NCBI GenBank assembly: GCA_965235115.1
Contig: OZ249436.1
Location: 18,478,001-18,542,000 of the forward strand
Direction of reading: 5' to 3'
DNA length: 64,000 nucleotides
DNA from: Laetmonice hystrix
Taxonomy: Eukaryota
Positions within the stretch are counted from its first letter, which is position 1. Each line of letters opens with the position of its first letter. Made by a program: the position numbers and the translations under genes. Below the pieces are notes generated by a model, which saw only the letters and a program-made list of their open reading frames with translations, made no database searches and was not told the DNA's origin. Shown piece by piece: positions 12,545 through 26,547 of the stretch.

Positions 12545-13326
12545 CTGCAAAGAGGCAACAGGGAGAGTTGTTACAGAAAGGGGGAGAGTTGTCATAGAAA
12601 GAGGCAAGTATCAAACCAATTTTACATTTACATTTCTAGTCATATTCCCCATAAAAACTTTTTTATAGCTTTCTGTAAAAAGATTCTCATTTGTCATAAA
12701 AAGCAAGCCTTTTTACTGATAGGTATGCTCTTTTAAATTATGTTAAACACAGGAAAAATATTTTTGTATTAAAAAACAAATTGCAACAGAATTTCTTTCC
12801 ACGGGTATGCATTTTCGAGAGGTCCCTAGAACAACATACTAAAAGTGATATACTCTGTGGTGGAAGTATTCTTAATTTGCATATATCCAATATGGCTGCC
12901 AGTACCCATAGCTCCAGCATATTGTCTCTAATAAGCCATGCTCCGATCAGCGTCAACTTAGAACCTGCTGTGTTGACACTGATCCAATGAGCGGGTAAAG
13001 CTACATTTACTTGTAATCAGTGACATCATTTTGAACCAGTCACAGAGGGGCATTGAAACAAATCAGGAAGCTTCTTAGCCGTATGTTTACCTTCGACAGC
13101 ATTGTGGTCGTGGTAGATCTAACTGTCAAAACTAAAACTTAGGATCATTTTGCTTGAAAACTAATTAAGCTATTTGGATAAAGCCTTGTGTAAAGTTTGA
13201 AGAGGTATGACTGCTTTTTGCCTAAATGGTGCGGGAGAAGTCAACTTACTGGCCTGATTGCCGGCCCGGCCGCGGGACGCAGGACATGAATGCATAAATT
13301 ATGAGAAGGTTGGCGGTGTGTGGGTG

Positions 13327-15299
13327 TGTGACGAACCCCGTTTACATTCGTTTTCACTGGGAGTTGACCAGGCCGAAAAGCTGTTGTTTTTTATGTAATA
13401 ATTGTCGACAGCCTGTCGACGCTGTTATTGTGTGACACAATACGTGAACTGTGACCGATGACTGTGAGACGTGCGCCGTGAGTTGGTTTGGCGTCGGGCT
13501 ATGGCGGGGCAGACGCCGGTGTTTCCATGTTGAGAAATTTTCATATTGCACGATACCAAGTGCCATATTTGTTTTATTTTATGACTGCCGCACTTTTCCT
13601 GTCTATGCCAGGACCCATCGACGACTGCACAGTCAGTTTAACTTTACTCCATAAGACTCATCATCTAGACCTAGGCCTACCGGTATGCTGAGCCTCAGTG
13701 CGTCAGTACTCACAATTCTACCAGTAAACCATGACCAATTAACAATCAGTCACCACATAAACTTCTCATGTCAGGAAATTAGATAGGCTACAGGGATCCA
13801 TCGTATTAGATAGGCTACAGGGATCCATCGTGTTCACGACTGCTTTATCTAGCTAGGCCTAGAGCTAGCCTAGACTAGAGGCTATACAAGATTACTCAGC
13901 CTCGCGTAGTTTCCGCTTTGCTATCATACGCTGTCACCCCCCAGGCTGTTCTATTAAACTTACGTTAAGAATGCCTAGGAGCCTATTTGCACGAGGGGGT
14001 GAAAACACTTGACGGCAATGCAAAAGTAATATTGACTGGTCAATATTACCTTTTCCGTGCAATATTAGTTTTTATCTGTGATCACGTGACAGGGAACTGA
14101 CCAATCAGGACAGGGAAAGTGCGGCAGCCATAAAATAATAACCTTTATTGAACTTGCCTCTCCCTGGGGGAAACACTCTCCACTGTCCTTGTGTTTGTTA
14201 ATATGTTATTAGTGTTGTTTAATGTCCTGTTAACCCTTTCAGAGCGGACGATGCCTTGAGGCATTACCGTGCCAGGGCGGACGATGCCTTGAGGGATGCC
14301 TTGAGGCACTTTTTTGTCTACTCCGACCACTCCACGTAAATCCGGCCCAATGATAGCAAAGACTGTCAATCACCCAACTACAATTGTCGAGTAGCTGTAC
14401 TCCTCCCACTCACATATTACGTTGATTCTCTTTTAGACATTTATGTGTCCCAAAATCACGTTTTTCGAGACGAAAATCCAAAATGGCTTGCCCACGTGGG
14501 GTGGTGCGCAAAACTGGGTCAGCCTCTGTGACGACTGTGACGTAACAAACGTCGCCGGCATAGGGTTAAATGTTGTAAGCCTAAATGTTTATTAATGTTG
14601 CTAATGTTAAATGTCATATGGGTGGTTAAATGTACGTTGCCTAGTATTTAGGCCTAGCTGTGAGCTTGTAATATCGGTAATGCTACATCATTTAGTGACA
14701 CAGTAATTTCAGTCTCGCTATATGTTATGGTAACTGTTGGTCATGCTATCGTACGTTATAGTAACATTGCTAGCTGCGAGCTTGTAATATCGGTCATGCT
14801 ACATCATTTAGTGACACAGTAATTTCAGTCTCGCTATATGTTATGGTAACTGTTGGTCATGCTATCGTACGTTATAGTAACATTAGAATGCGTTTAATTA
14901 GTGATACAATATTCTCTGCCACCGAATTTCGTGACACTGTATCTTCTGTGCCACGTGGTTTGACATGTCAATAGTGTCTGCTTTACTTACTGCCTTTATG
15001 ACATGACACCGTATTTGTGTCACTGTATATCATGTCACAGTATTTGCTGGTTATCTAATGTTGCAGTAGTTGCTCATTTTTGTGACAGTGTTTGCTCTGT
15101 CCCATTGACTGGTCAGTGTCAGATATGTGTCAGTATACGTGTCCTGTTATTGCAAGCCCTAGTGTTATGTTAATGTTAATATGTGAATAAATGTCCCTTT
15201 TTATAATGAAATCTTTTGTCGAGTCATCAAGCTGTGTCTTGCCATGCCCGAGGCCCTAGCAACCCACAATAGACGAGCCAGCCACTCGGGTTTGTCACA
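13327..15299 (+). mobile_element. 5' LTR of a Gypsy-type retrotransposon, enlarged by nested insertions
   Basis: Starts TGTGACGAACCC and ends GGGTTTGTCACA (inverted termini). AATAAA near 15186. Followed directly by a PBS. Confidence 0.75.
14234..14565. mobile_element. piggyBac-like MITE (TTAA|CCC...GGG|TTAA) inside the LTR
   Basis: TTAA on both sides, CCC/GGG termini, repeated gatgccttgaggcat motif. A related partial copy lies at ~37500-37630. Confidence 0.8.
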
Positions 15300-15301
15300 T
15301 T

Positions 15302-15317
15302 TGGTGCCAGGAGCGGC
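15302..15317 (+). promoter_or_regulatory. Primer binding site TGGTGCCAGGAGCGG (tRNA-Leu-like)
   Basis: TGG begins 2 nt after the LTR terminal CA. Resembles tRNA-Leu PBS sequences of the tggtgtcaggagtggg type. Confidence 0.7.
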
Positions 15318-15501
15318 GTGTGCTTGGGTTGGTATGGTAACGACGTGGAACGGTGAGACGACTTGAGTTATGTCCCCCCCCCGTAAAAGCTTAATTTTTA
15401 CGTTTTTGGCCCATTAATTATATTTGTCACGTATAGTTGACACGTATTTAACCTAGTTATCTGCTTTCCTCAGTAACATACCATCAGTTCCAAAGGTCAA
15501 G

Positions 15502-16690
15502 ATGGTAAAATCTCTCGGGAATTTTAAAGTAGCAGAGTTGAGACGCATGTGTGACATGCGGGGTTTAGTGCACGAGGGGTTGGTGAAAGGTGAACTTATT
15601 GCACTATTTGAACAGCATTATGAGGAGAACTCTGCAGGCTTAGCGGAGCTTATTGTAGCTGAGGGCGAGTATGTAAAGGAGTATGATTTGGAGGAAAAGG
15701 TAGAACAGGCAGAACCACCGGGGGCCAGAGCCAGGCCGAAGCTATTCCGTGTAACCTTAGCACCTAGGAAGGCTGAACTTAGTCGGCTAGAAGAATTAAA
15801 ACTGCAGTTTGAATTGCGTAAATTAGAGCTCTAATGTGAGCGTGAGAAACATGAAGCGTCGTTGCGTCGGAAGGAAACTGCGTCGGGAGGAAAGGGAGGA
15901 AGAGCGTCATGCTGAAAAAGAAAGGCGTGAGCATGAATTGCAGTTAAGAGCAATAGCTGACATGGAGCGGGATAAAGAGCGGGAAAAAGATTTGGCGGTG
16001 TTACATAAGACTATAGAGGAACATAGAAGTAGCTAAGCTAGATCGGGTGGTAGCGCTCCAACATTTCATGAGGGGGAGGATATTGAAACTCATCTTCATA
16101 CTTTTGAGCGCTTAGCAGAAATAAATAAGTGGTCTTGGGATTCTTGGACGGCTAGGTTAGCTGAAAAATTATCTGGGAAAGCGCGTGAGGCCTACGTTAC
16201 TCTGCCACTGGAGGATTTGGATAGTTATGAAAAGCTAAAAACTGCTATCTAAGTGCTATCAGCTTGATGGGGAAGCTTACCGCGAAAAGTTCAGGAGTAG
16301 TGGTAAAAACCCAAATGAAACTTATACTCAGTGGGCTATGCGGGTACGCATACATACTTAGACCGGTGGATGGAAGGTAATGGTGTATATGATTATAAGA
16401 ACCTCATAGATTTAGTCATGCATGAACAGCTGTTGAGCGGCACTCCTCCAGAGTTACGGGTGTGGCTAGGGGATCGCGATCCAGAATCAGTAGAGCGTTT
16501 GGTGGAGTTGGCTGACATTTATGTAAATTCCCGTAAGAAACTGAAGTCCTTTTAGTCCATCCGTACTTCGGGACTTTCTAGCAGTGGGCTTTCCAGTAGC
16601 GATGGTGGCTGCGGTTGTGGCAGCGATGGTGGCTGCGGTTGTGGCAGTGATGGTGGCTGCGGTTGTGGCAGCGATGGTGGCTGTGGTTGT
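15502..16690 (+). pseudogene. Decayed gag of a SCAN-domain (Gmr1-like) Gypsy element
   Basis: N-terminal LGNFKVAELRRMCDMRGL...KGELIA (SAP-like), then an E/R-rich coiled coil, LHTFERLA...W...LAEKLSGKAREAY, and EQLLSGTPPELRVWLGDRDPESVERLVELADIY (capsid/SCAN-like). Stops and frameshifts present. Confidence 0.88.
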
Positions 16691-19600
16691 GAGTTGGTTT
16701 GGCGTCGGGCTATGGCGGGGCCGACGCCGGTGTTTCCAAGTTGAGACGGGGTAGACTTGTGCGGCCGGGTTTACCGGGTGATATCGCACGGGAGTGAAGA
16801 GGCTTTCAGTTCGAATATCCGTAGTTGTCTTGAGGGAGCGGAACCGGTACGGCGTGGTCTCCAGGGGTAGGCCGGGTTTTCACGGACCTCGACAGATTGG
16901 AGTGGGCCGTGCGTGGGCTTACTGGACCGCCACTGCGTTCTGGGCAACGGACAGTCATGCAGGACTTTGGGTTTGTTACCCTGACTCTTTATCAGAGCCG
17001 GTGCAAACAAAAGCCTAGCAACGGAACGGAACTAAACATAGGTGTTACTGGCTTGGGTTTGGTCATCACACTGTCGGGTGAACGGGTTGCAACTTCAGAA
17101 ATATTCAGTCTTTTGACATGCATGGTGAAGACAGGGACATTCTTCGAGAAACAACCTCCAGAACAACTCAGTCAGAGAAAGAGAGCGATATGTGAACGTG
17201 TTCTGTTGCGATTCTGAACCGGCCATGCCTGACAACAGCGGGAATGAAAGCAGATAGCTGATTGGTTGTTGAAAGTCACTGAAACTTAGCGTGCTATTAT
17301 GCGTGTGATCTGATGGTTCCGATCTCTTCCGATTCAGACTTTAAGCGCAAGAGTGCCTAAGCAGTCAGAAGCAGGCATAAGGCCACGCAAGGCTGCATAA
17401 CGTAATGCCACACAACACTGCACAAGGAGAATCGGAAGGTGTGATCCACTTACACTTCCTTACACGAGTTCTGTGCAATGTGCGGGCTTCTGATAATATC
17501 TATCACGTTTGATTTTCGCTTACACAGGTTACGCTGACTCTGCGGCGTGCGGAAGCAGTCGGAAGCCATCATAAGGTGCACAAGAGATTGGAGAGCGGGA
17601 TCTACTTACGTCTTGTTGCGCGGTACTGATTTTGATGATTTTCATGATCAGAAGGTGCACAAGAGCACATAAGGGGGAAATCGGAATGATCGGATCGTAA
17701 GTGAATCACACTCTTAAGGTGGCTGCCTGGTTATGAAAATGGTCCTTCTGCAGCCTGTCTCTACCATGCCACTGTCCCGGCGCTCAGTACACTGCGATGC
17801 TCGCGGCCCGCAGCCGATTTCAGCCATAATTTTGGCCTTTTACTTGAAACTAGAAATTGTTCAGTCCGAACAGGACGTCTCCCCTCTTTTAAATCAATCA
17901 CATTATATATTGTTTGACCTAACTAGTCTACAAGGAGTGTGTTGCGAGCTATGGCAGATTTTCTATGCCAAAAAAAACGATATAATAATAGTAGTAGCGC
18001 AGCCAGAGGTGTAGGCAGAACCCGGGACCCACCATTATGAATCGTTGGGTGGGTGCTGAACGATGTCAGAAATGAAAAGAGCCGATGCAGGAGCATTGTC
18101 TTTAGAGAACAAACCAGCTGCCACCCTTTGTCTCACATAGTCCAAAGTCATAACTTTGTACTGCGGCCACCGAGACCAATTAAGGTCTTGTCATAACTGT
18201 AAACTGTGGCCAGGGTGGCCGGCCAGAACAAAGCATACATTTCCAGTGCAGTTGTGGCATAACTTTGTACTGCGGCCACGGAGACCAATTAAGGTCTTGT
18301 CATAACTGTAAACTGTGGGCAGGCTTTAAAGTAAATTACTGTGTCAATTATGTTGGTACTTATGGGCCACAGTAGAGAGTGGAATGTGAGGATGGATCTG
18401 ACCTCCTATAAATAGATGCAGGCGTGGTGAGGTCAGGCACCTTGTTGCCGGGCAACGACCCCTGACCCAGTGGTGGTGAACCCACCGGCCCGCTGGCCAG
18501 GGTTGTTTACGCGACACGCGACCGTTTATGCTGTGTGGCCGTGTGTCGGAAAGATGGTGCACTTCCAGGCCTCTAAGTCGGAAACTATTAACTGTAGAGA
18601 AAAACACTTAGTGTAGCGGTTGTAGGCAAAGACCTGGAGATTCTTCTCCACCAAGTTTCATAAAGATACGGTAAGGGGTTTAGGAGATATAAAAGGCTTC
18701 TCTAAGGTTGGCACGGTACTGAGGTCAAAGGTCCCGAGAAGATATCCACAGTAGTCTTTTCCCCAAATTAGGACTTTCTAGCCCCGGTAGTTTTTGGGCT
18801 GATGTCAAGTAAGCGCCCAACCACTTCGAAAATGTTGAAGGTCACACAGAGGTCATCTGGGGTCACACAAACGTGTCCTCCGGGAAATCTAAATTTGGCA
18901 CATAGATGACCCTGCTGACCAAATTTGATGTTATTCCAGCTAGTATTTTCCGAGTTATGGCTTTGGCAAAAAAATGGCACGTCCCATTATTTTTAGATCA
19001 GCCGCCATCTTGAAAGTTCTAGGTCAACCAAACTGGTTTTCGAACTTGTCCAAGCCCCGGATGAAAGAAGGCCGACATGCCAATTTTGGATCGATTCAGG
19101 CTATTTTTCTCGCGTTATCGTGATCACAGCACAAGATTTTTCAGAAGGTTCTGTCAGGGCATTTCAAATTTGATAACTCCCTCTCTAACAGTGGCCGAGT
19201 TATTCCAAAAAGAAGGAAATAAAAGAAACAAAGAAAGAAAGAAAGAGGGAGCGCGGTCAGAAACAGCGTGCGTGCAAAACAAAACGTCTCCCCCAGCTGG
19301 GGGGAGACGTAATGATCGCGACAAATAGTCGAGTTATAGGGTCCTGAGGCGCTGACTGGGGGCAGGGGAAAGGGGGTAAGCCGGGCTCCTACGCTGCACT
19401 CACTGCCTGCCCGCGCCACCGCCAGCTCAGGTCGCGGTCTTGGCCCAGCGAGGTATGCGTGGGTCGGACTCGGACTCGGGCTCGGTGTAGGCCTATTCAG
19501 ACAGCTGTATTTCATAAACTTTTCAATAAATCATTATCAAACTTGCCATACATAAATATTAAAAGAAAAGACCATCGCCAGTCTGTATAGGCCAGGCACA

Positions 19601-20699
19601 CATGCCGTGATATTCTAAGCAAGTTAAAAAATATTTGAACACAATTGGTGCTCAGATGGTTAAGATATAGGCACTTTAGTGCCAGAGGCTTCTTACAACC
19701 TGCTCAGCTGGTGAAGGCCGCCATTCCTTGGGCTAATCTCAAAGTGCGCATGCTCGCCCTAGGCGAGCATGCGCAGCACGACTGCTCTCCAGTTTGGGAG
19801 GAACTGAAAGCTGACGCACCTGTTGCGTTGATCGATTTGGAAGGCAGCGAACGTTGACAGCTTATAAGCAAAATTTGTTAGAACATAGACGAAAACCATC
19901 GATAGTGATGAGGAATGGCTAGGAAAAGCCTACCGATGTCAGGGGACATATCAGGGTGGACACGGATCTGGGCAGCCGTGGGTTTCGGCCGCCTGCATTC
20001 GTCCCACTTGGATTCGTGCATGCGTGGGATGTTGACGGGAGCTCTGGCCCTTAGGCCCGGCGCCACTCTGACTACGACCGCGAGCAATGGCAGTGTCAGC
20101 ATGGTCAGCACAGACCTGCTGCGTTTAGTTGTGACTGTGACTGTGACTGTGGGACTGACCCCCGTCGATTTGCCACCTGCCTCGGCTGCCTTTAGCCTAG
20201 TATAAAGTATAGCCTAGCCCTGGCATGCAAAAGATTAGCCCTGGAACGTCACTTCCGGTCAGCCCAATAGCAACAAATGGCTGCGCTGCTGAAGCCAGTG
20301 ATTTTGACACGGTTGTCATGTTCAATATATAGACTTCTTTATTTCCAACCACTACTCTGAAAGGTGAGTATATATAGAGGCCTTGCAGCTGTCCAAATGT
20401 GATTTTTGACTGGTCTTCTCCTTTAATATGTTATAGTTTATAGCGATTGAGAATAGTTTTTAGCGATTGAGTCTGATAATTTTGAAGAAATGCGCGAATG
20501 ACCAGAGGTCAGCAGCAGCCGCGATACATTGACACGGTCTAGAGGCTGTATCTCAAAAAGTAGTTTGGGACCCCCCAATTTTTATTACATAATTAGATTC
20601 AGTGCAACATTTTCTATCTAGGAATATCAGATTAGTGGATTTGTCATGACTTTTTCGCTTTACTTTTTACAAAAAAAAAAGTGAAAAAAATATAAATTG

Positions 20700-22482
20700 C
20701 AGGGCAGTGCTGATGAAAAGTGCCGGACTGCCGGACATTGCCGGCAATTTTTACTGATGTCCGATGTGAGGCATAATAACATCTGACAGAATGTCCGGTG
20801 TTATCAGATGGTCATGATGTTGGTAACCAGTACTCAAGGTCCATGAGAAAGGTGGCAGCCTCACAGTCGGTGGTCTGTCAGGCTGCCGCCTGGCCCTGGC
20901 CGGGTGTTATGTAAGGGTAGCTGATAAGGGCAGGTGGTGGTGACTCCCTCATTCCTCCTAGTCAGGGTTGGTTTGGAGGATCTTGTGCTCAGAAGAGAGC
21001 TAATTGAACTAGCTGGGCTTTGTATAACTGTCTAGTACATATATTTTCTTGAATCTTCTATTGGAGGAGAGCGGAATAAAACAATACTCTGATTATAGGT
21101 TGGCCAGCTGCCCTTGGTTTAGTGAGCCAGCAGGTTGGCGTGGATAGCATTCACACCCATTGGCATTGTCTTTGTATGACACTGGGATCGGAAGGAGCTG
21201 CTTGATGTACGTGTGTTGTTAAAATGCTAAGAAACGGGAGTATTAATCCATGAGGAGTATCATAGTTTGGAATGACAAAGGGCAACTTACTGAATTCATA
21301 GTTTGATATATTTATTCTTGGTTGAAAAAGTCCAGAATTTGAAAATGTGCCCCACCTAACATTATGGGCTGGCTAAGGGCCCGTAACTCCCTCATCAAGC
21401 ACACACTCTATAGGAATTATTTTTAAAGTTGAAAAATTGGGCAATAAATTGAAAAATAAATTAAGGGCCTGATCAAACCTGTAAGGGCCTGCTAAAAGTG
21501 TCTAAGGGCCTGCTAAAACCTTTTTGATGGCCTGTTCAGATTTTGGCTAACTTCGTGTCCTAAGGTTCCATGAATTGCAAATGTGTTCCAGAGTATATTT
21601 CAATGTTTTTCCATCAATAAATCTGTCACTATTACTTTGATGATTTCAACAGAGCTACTTTCCTGAAGAAATATGGATTGTATATCAGAAAAATGTGACT
21701 GATTGATATATCGTAACGCGTAATTTGACTGATACACAGGCCAACCGTCTGTAAACATGTCTGGTTCCTTTTTGTATTTTTAACTCCAGTACTTAGTACG
21801 GATCTGAAATTGGATATCAAATGCAGAGAAAGAACCACAAAAGAGGAACGTTTTAAAAATGAAAGTCTAATAAGACTATACTTGTATTACAAAACAACAA
21901 TATATTTGTTTATTGTCTGCGAAATGAAAAAATGTCAGGTGTTAAAGCCATTTTACATCTGACAAAAATGTCTGATGTAAAACAAAAATGTCAGATGTAA
22001 CGCTCTTTTACATCTGACACTTTGTCAGATGTAGAAAAAAACTTTTCATCACCACTGCAGGGGTCGATTTCGACGGGAGTCCGTGAGTCCGAGACTCCCA
22101 AAAATTGGGACGGACTCCTGGCAGCCACCTGACCAGGAGTCCGGCTGTCTCCTAGATATTTACACACAGATTGATGCAGATTTTAACCGAGGACAAGGTG
22201 ATGATCACCCAGTCACGGTGAACCAAATATCTGCTACTCAGCAGGGGTCACAAGACTGATATGTTTCACTCAGCCCCCCTCCCCCATCATGGCTTGATTA
22301 CTTGATTGTTTATGCCAAACTATTATGGCATAACACCGTCTGTTATTGGTCTTTTTTTTACATCCAGTCACGTTGGATTCCCTATAGGATAGCGGACTCC
22401 CACTTTTTTGGGGGGACTCCTAGAGTTTGCAACTTAGGAGTCCTGTCGACTCCTAAAAAATCACACACGAAATCTACCCCTG
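20700..22482. mobile_element. CAGGGG-ended MITE with 5-bp duplication AATTG, itself interrupted at base 5
   Basis: TIR caggggtcgatttcg/cgaaatctacccctg. aattg at 20695-20699 and 22483-22487. Partial copy at 52861-53111. Confidence 0.75.
20705..22057. mobile_element. CAGTG-ended non-autonomous element with 5-bp duplication CAGGG
   Basis: TIR cagtgctgatgaaaagt/acttttcatcaccactg with caggg on both sides. A highly similar second copy lies at ~62485-63752. Confidence 0.82.
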
Positions 22483-25400
22483 AATTGTATCTTTTATTTC
22501 ATTTTTTTCTTGTTTTTTCTTTACAAATTAGTTTTATTGTGCTATAATGTTCTGCACCAGGTTCCTTAGTACCATTCTTGAAAGTATATGGCATATGTAG
22601 GAATACAACTTCTGACCATCTTGTTCGCTAGGAAAAATGTTTATTTGTTCCCATTTTTTCAGCTAGGTAAAACAGTCTAATGCGTTTATCTCAAAGAGTA
22701 GTTCGGGACCCCCCATTTTTTCTTTGATTTTTGAAATGTACAGCACTTTTTCTATATAGAAAAGTCAGTTTGGAGGATTTTTCATGACTTTGATTTAAAA
22801 CCAGGCAGCCACCTTAAGATAACATTTCAATGTGATTTAAATAACAAATTACATTTTCCAGGCAATGGGCAGTGATTTTATTACTATAATTAGGTCTGGC
22901 TCAGATTTGCATAAACTGAGTCTGAGAGTCATTTTGTCCTAGAGTAACATAATTAAGATTCAATGTCAGGGGTGAAAGTGGCCAGCCATAAACTTTCCTG
23001 AAATCCTGACCGGGGGGGGGGGGGGGGGGGGTCTGGGTATGGGTGTGTGTCAATGTCCACAATATTTGTTCACGTTCAGATCATGGGGGAAGCTTACCCG
23101 GCTTTAGCCCCCCCCCCCCTCCCCCCTCCCTCCCCAAAAAAAACATGTTAACAAATATAATTGCCCGCCACTTAGGCTTATAGGCCCAATTATAAGATCA
23201 CCTATATAAAATTTAGGCCCTATTATTATCCCATCCCCTCCGGAGGGGATGGGGTTTTGTTCTTGTGTGTTTCATCTTCTGTATTATTATGCCATTCACC
23301 CAACAAAGTGAATAGGATTTTGAATTTGTATGGTTTTATTTCCTTATTATCCCATTGCCTGCAAGGGCGATGGGATCTTGAAATTGTGTGGTTTCTTCTT
23401 CTGTATTATTTTTATCGTGTACTTTATTATCCCATTCACCCATATGGGAGGACTAGAACAGAAGTTTTAAAGGCAATCGCGCCATTTTAGATCTGCCATT
23501 GACAAAGCTTTGATATTTGGTAAAAGTGAAGATCTATATCTCTACTTTACAAAAACATGAAAAAATTATATGGTCACCGTGGAAACCTGAGAGTGACAGC
23601 ACTACCACTCTGACTACGACCGCGAGCAATGGCAGTTTAAGATTGTGTGTTTACTTATTAATTCTACAGAATAAAATTAGTATTTCCAACTCCCTTGTAC
23701 ACAAAAGTATATGTCCGCCAGAAAACCCACTGCACTGTTCCCATTTTAACGGGAACTTTCAGACCACTGGCCCTTGTGGCACGGTACTTTCAGCCCACCC
23801 GGCCCTTGTGGCACGGTACTTTCAGACTGCCCTTCTGCCTTCTGGCATGTTTTATGTAACGCTAACGGCCGGGTGTAGTGGCTTCATTCCGGCGCATGCG
23901 CACTTACTGGAACCGGCCCATCAGGCACGTCGACTGGTCCAGACCGCCACATCGTGCAAGTAGGTGCTTGCACCGTGTTTCACAACGAGGCAGCATAGCA
24001 ACCCGCCACGGAAAACGGTCTATTCCATGTGAATGAAAATAACCTCTAGAGGTAATGTCGGCACAGTAGTGTCAGGTAACAGTTTGAAACAGTTGGTGGA
24101 ATCACAGGACAGTCTATCTTGAGTTGTCAAGTTGTCAAGTCCTGCATTCTAATCTACCCCTTGGGCGCAGCCCATGCTAACCGGGCAGAAGTTGACCCTG
24201 AGGTCAACCTTATGAATATTAATAGGACCTGTCATCGTCGCTTCACCGGCACTAACGGTCCTCACTGAAGGCTTACTTCTCACAAAAATGCCTTCTCCAA
24301 AGTTTAGCTCCCCTGTCATCATCGCTTCGCGCTGGCATTAAAACATTAAGCCTACATTGGCCTGCTCGTGGCCCAGTGTCACTAGTGCTGGCACTGGCTG
24401 TCGCTCTCGGCCTCTGGGCCGGGGACATTCCTATTGGCTAACTAGAAATGCACACTAATTTTTATGAATCGCGCCTTAGGCAGTGCTGTAATCTGATTGG
24501 GCTGCAGGGTACCGCAGCAAGGTGGAAAACAGATGGCGCTGCAAGCTACGCGTTTCTGAGAATAGGTGGGCAGGCGGGAGGGGGTGAATCACTGGAAGCA
24601 GTTCAACCCCAAGCTGGGGAGTATGAGGACAGTCAAATTAAAAGAGAATGTAGGTACCGATAGAAAACCATTCGGGAAATGGGATCCTACCTGTATTACT
24701 TGGCAATCAGAGTTTCTAGTCGGTGTAGTTAGACTATTTCTGTATCTTTGCACTATTGATCATGCACTAAAGTGATCAACTATTGACTGATTACATCATA
24801 TGACGTCGCGTCACTGAATTATGACTTATTGAAGGAGGGCTCATTTCTTGAATTTCTGAAAGAGTAGGAGCACTCACTTTGCCAAATTTGAAAAATTGAA
24901 GATGGTCACCCGGGAAGATTTTCCAAAATTGGTTGATTTAACATGGAATGACCCTTATGACGTGTTTAGCTTTCTCAAAAGAGGGCTCATTTCTAGAATT
25001 TCTAGAAGAGTAGGAGCAATCTCCATGACAACTATTAATTAGGTACTTAGGCCTTAATCAACATGTACCTGAAGTTGACCTCTGACCTTTGACTTTTTGG
25101 AGATCTGGGTCAAAGATAGTAAACAGCTTAAATTTCATTTCCTCTCTAAAAATTTTGAAATCTGTCTGAAGAGTCTGATAAGGTGGCCCTTTATATAAAC
25201 GGTTTGAAATCAGATATTGGACCTATATTCTGAGAGTCATGTGACTTTGAAATTTGTCACTTTTGGCACTTTTTGCTAAAACTGCTTCAAGGAGATAGGA
25301 ATCATGTATTTGGTCACTAGACGTGTGCTTCTATTAAGGATTGGTCACTTTGCATAATTTTTTTCATAAATCGACCAATAATTGTTTATTTATGATGAAA

Positions 25401-26547
25401 TATGTAATCTGACGTTGACAGGCACTATCTTGAAACGTGTTTAGTCTTAAGTTTTCATGGGTATAGCCTTCACAATATAATGTTTGTCACTGAGATGGTT
25501 GCAGTCTCTGTATACACAGACCCCCCACTCTGAGCCTGCTGCCTGGCTCTAGCCAGGGTCGCCAGAGAGTTACATAAGTGCTGGTGATACAGGCCGGTGT
25601 GAGATGCAAAATGGACCCACATAATATATGGACCCCAGGTCAATATTTCATAGTGAAATATGGATTCCCCCCATACAATGGCTACCTATCTACTGGACGC
25701 TTGCCGCACTGAGCACGCCTTGCATTCACTTCTATCTATCGTCCTTTAGCCAAAACGCAGCCATACCTCATGAAACTTTACACACAAGGGGGTATACATA
25801 ATTTAGTTTATATACATTGACGTTCAAAGCAAAAGATTTAATATTTCCGAAGTTACGCTCCTCGATGCTGTTGACAGCTAGGACCAATCTCGCTCCACTA
25901 CCCCTCTGCCACACGACTTTTTACGGGCAAAATCAGGCCCCTACACGTTTAACCCCGTTTTTGCAAAGTCCTGTATTGTATCTGTAAAATTTAACGTACC
26001 TCTAAGTCTAAATCCCAAAACTGAGATTATACCAAGTGACATTCATCATACAAGAGATGCACCTGATGAAATATTAGGAACTACATTTGCGGAGGGAAAT
26101 CAGCTATAGTCGCAAGTAGGTTGGCCACTTTTCGGGATGATTCGAAATACTTCGGGTGTTTCCGACTAGGTACTTGCCTTCGGCTGCAGATGATTTCTCC
26201 AAAGATTTGGATGTTTGTGTGGCATCATATTCTGAGATTCTGCACCTTAAAAGTAAACAACAATTAGAGTACCTCAGCAAAATCGAGCAGCCACGATTTG
26301 AGCTCGGCAATGTTTGGCTGTTCTGGTCGGGGATTTCTAAGTCAGGTCAGGGGTCACTCAAACCACAGTACCCAATATGTTGCAGAGATTGAACGAAGGG
26401 AACGATCTCTGTCTGGAGAGTGAGCTAGGACTTGCAGCGACCATGTGTCTCTGTCACATGAAACCTTTCTTCATAAATGGGTGTTTTTCGTAATAAATAT
26501 AGCTTTCCCACAAGTGAGTTTAATATTATCTGAAATTATCAGATTAA

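Larger units (their letters stand above)
17718..22813. mobile_element. Kolobok-like TIR element with TTAA duplication, carrying nested insertions
   Basis: Perfect 15-bp TIR GGTGGCTGCCTGGTT/AACCAGGCAGCCACC flanked by TTAA. Internal direct repeat at 20548-20652 and 22687-22791. Confidence 0.8.

Noticed and set aside
23010..23140. Poly-G/poly-C tracts as a functional G-quadruplex system
   Set aside because: Such tracts are scattered through many repeats in the window with no consistent context.
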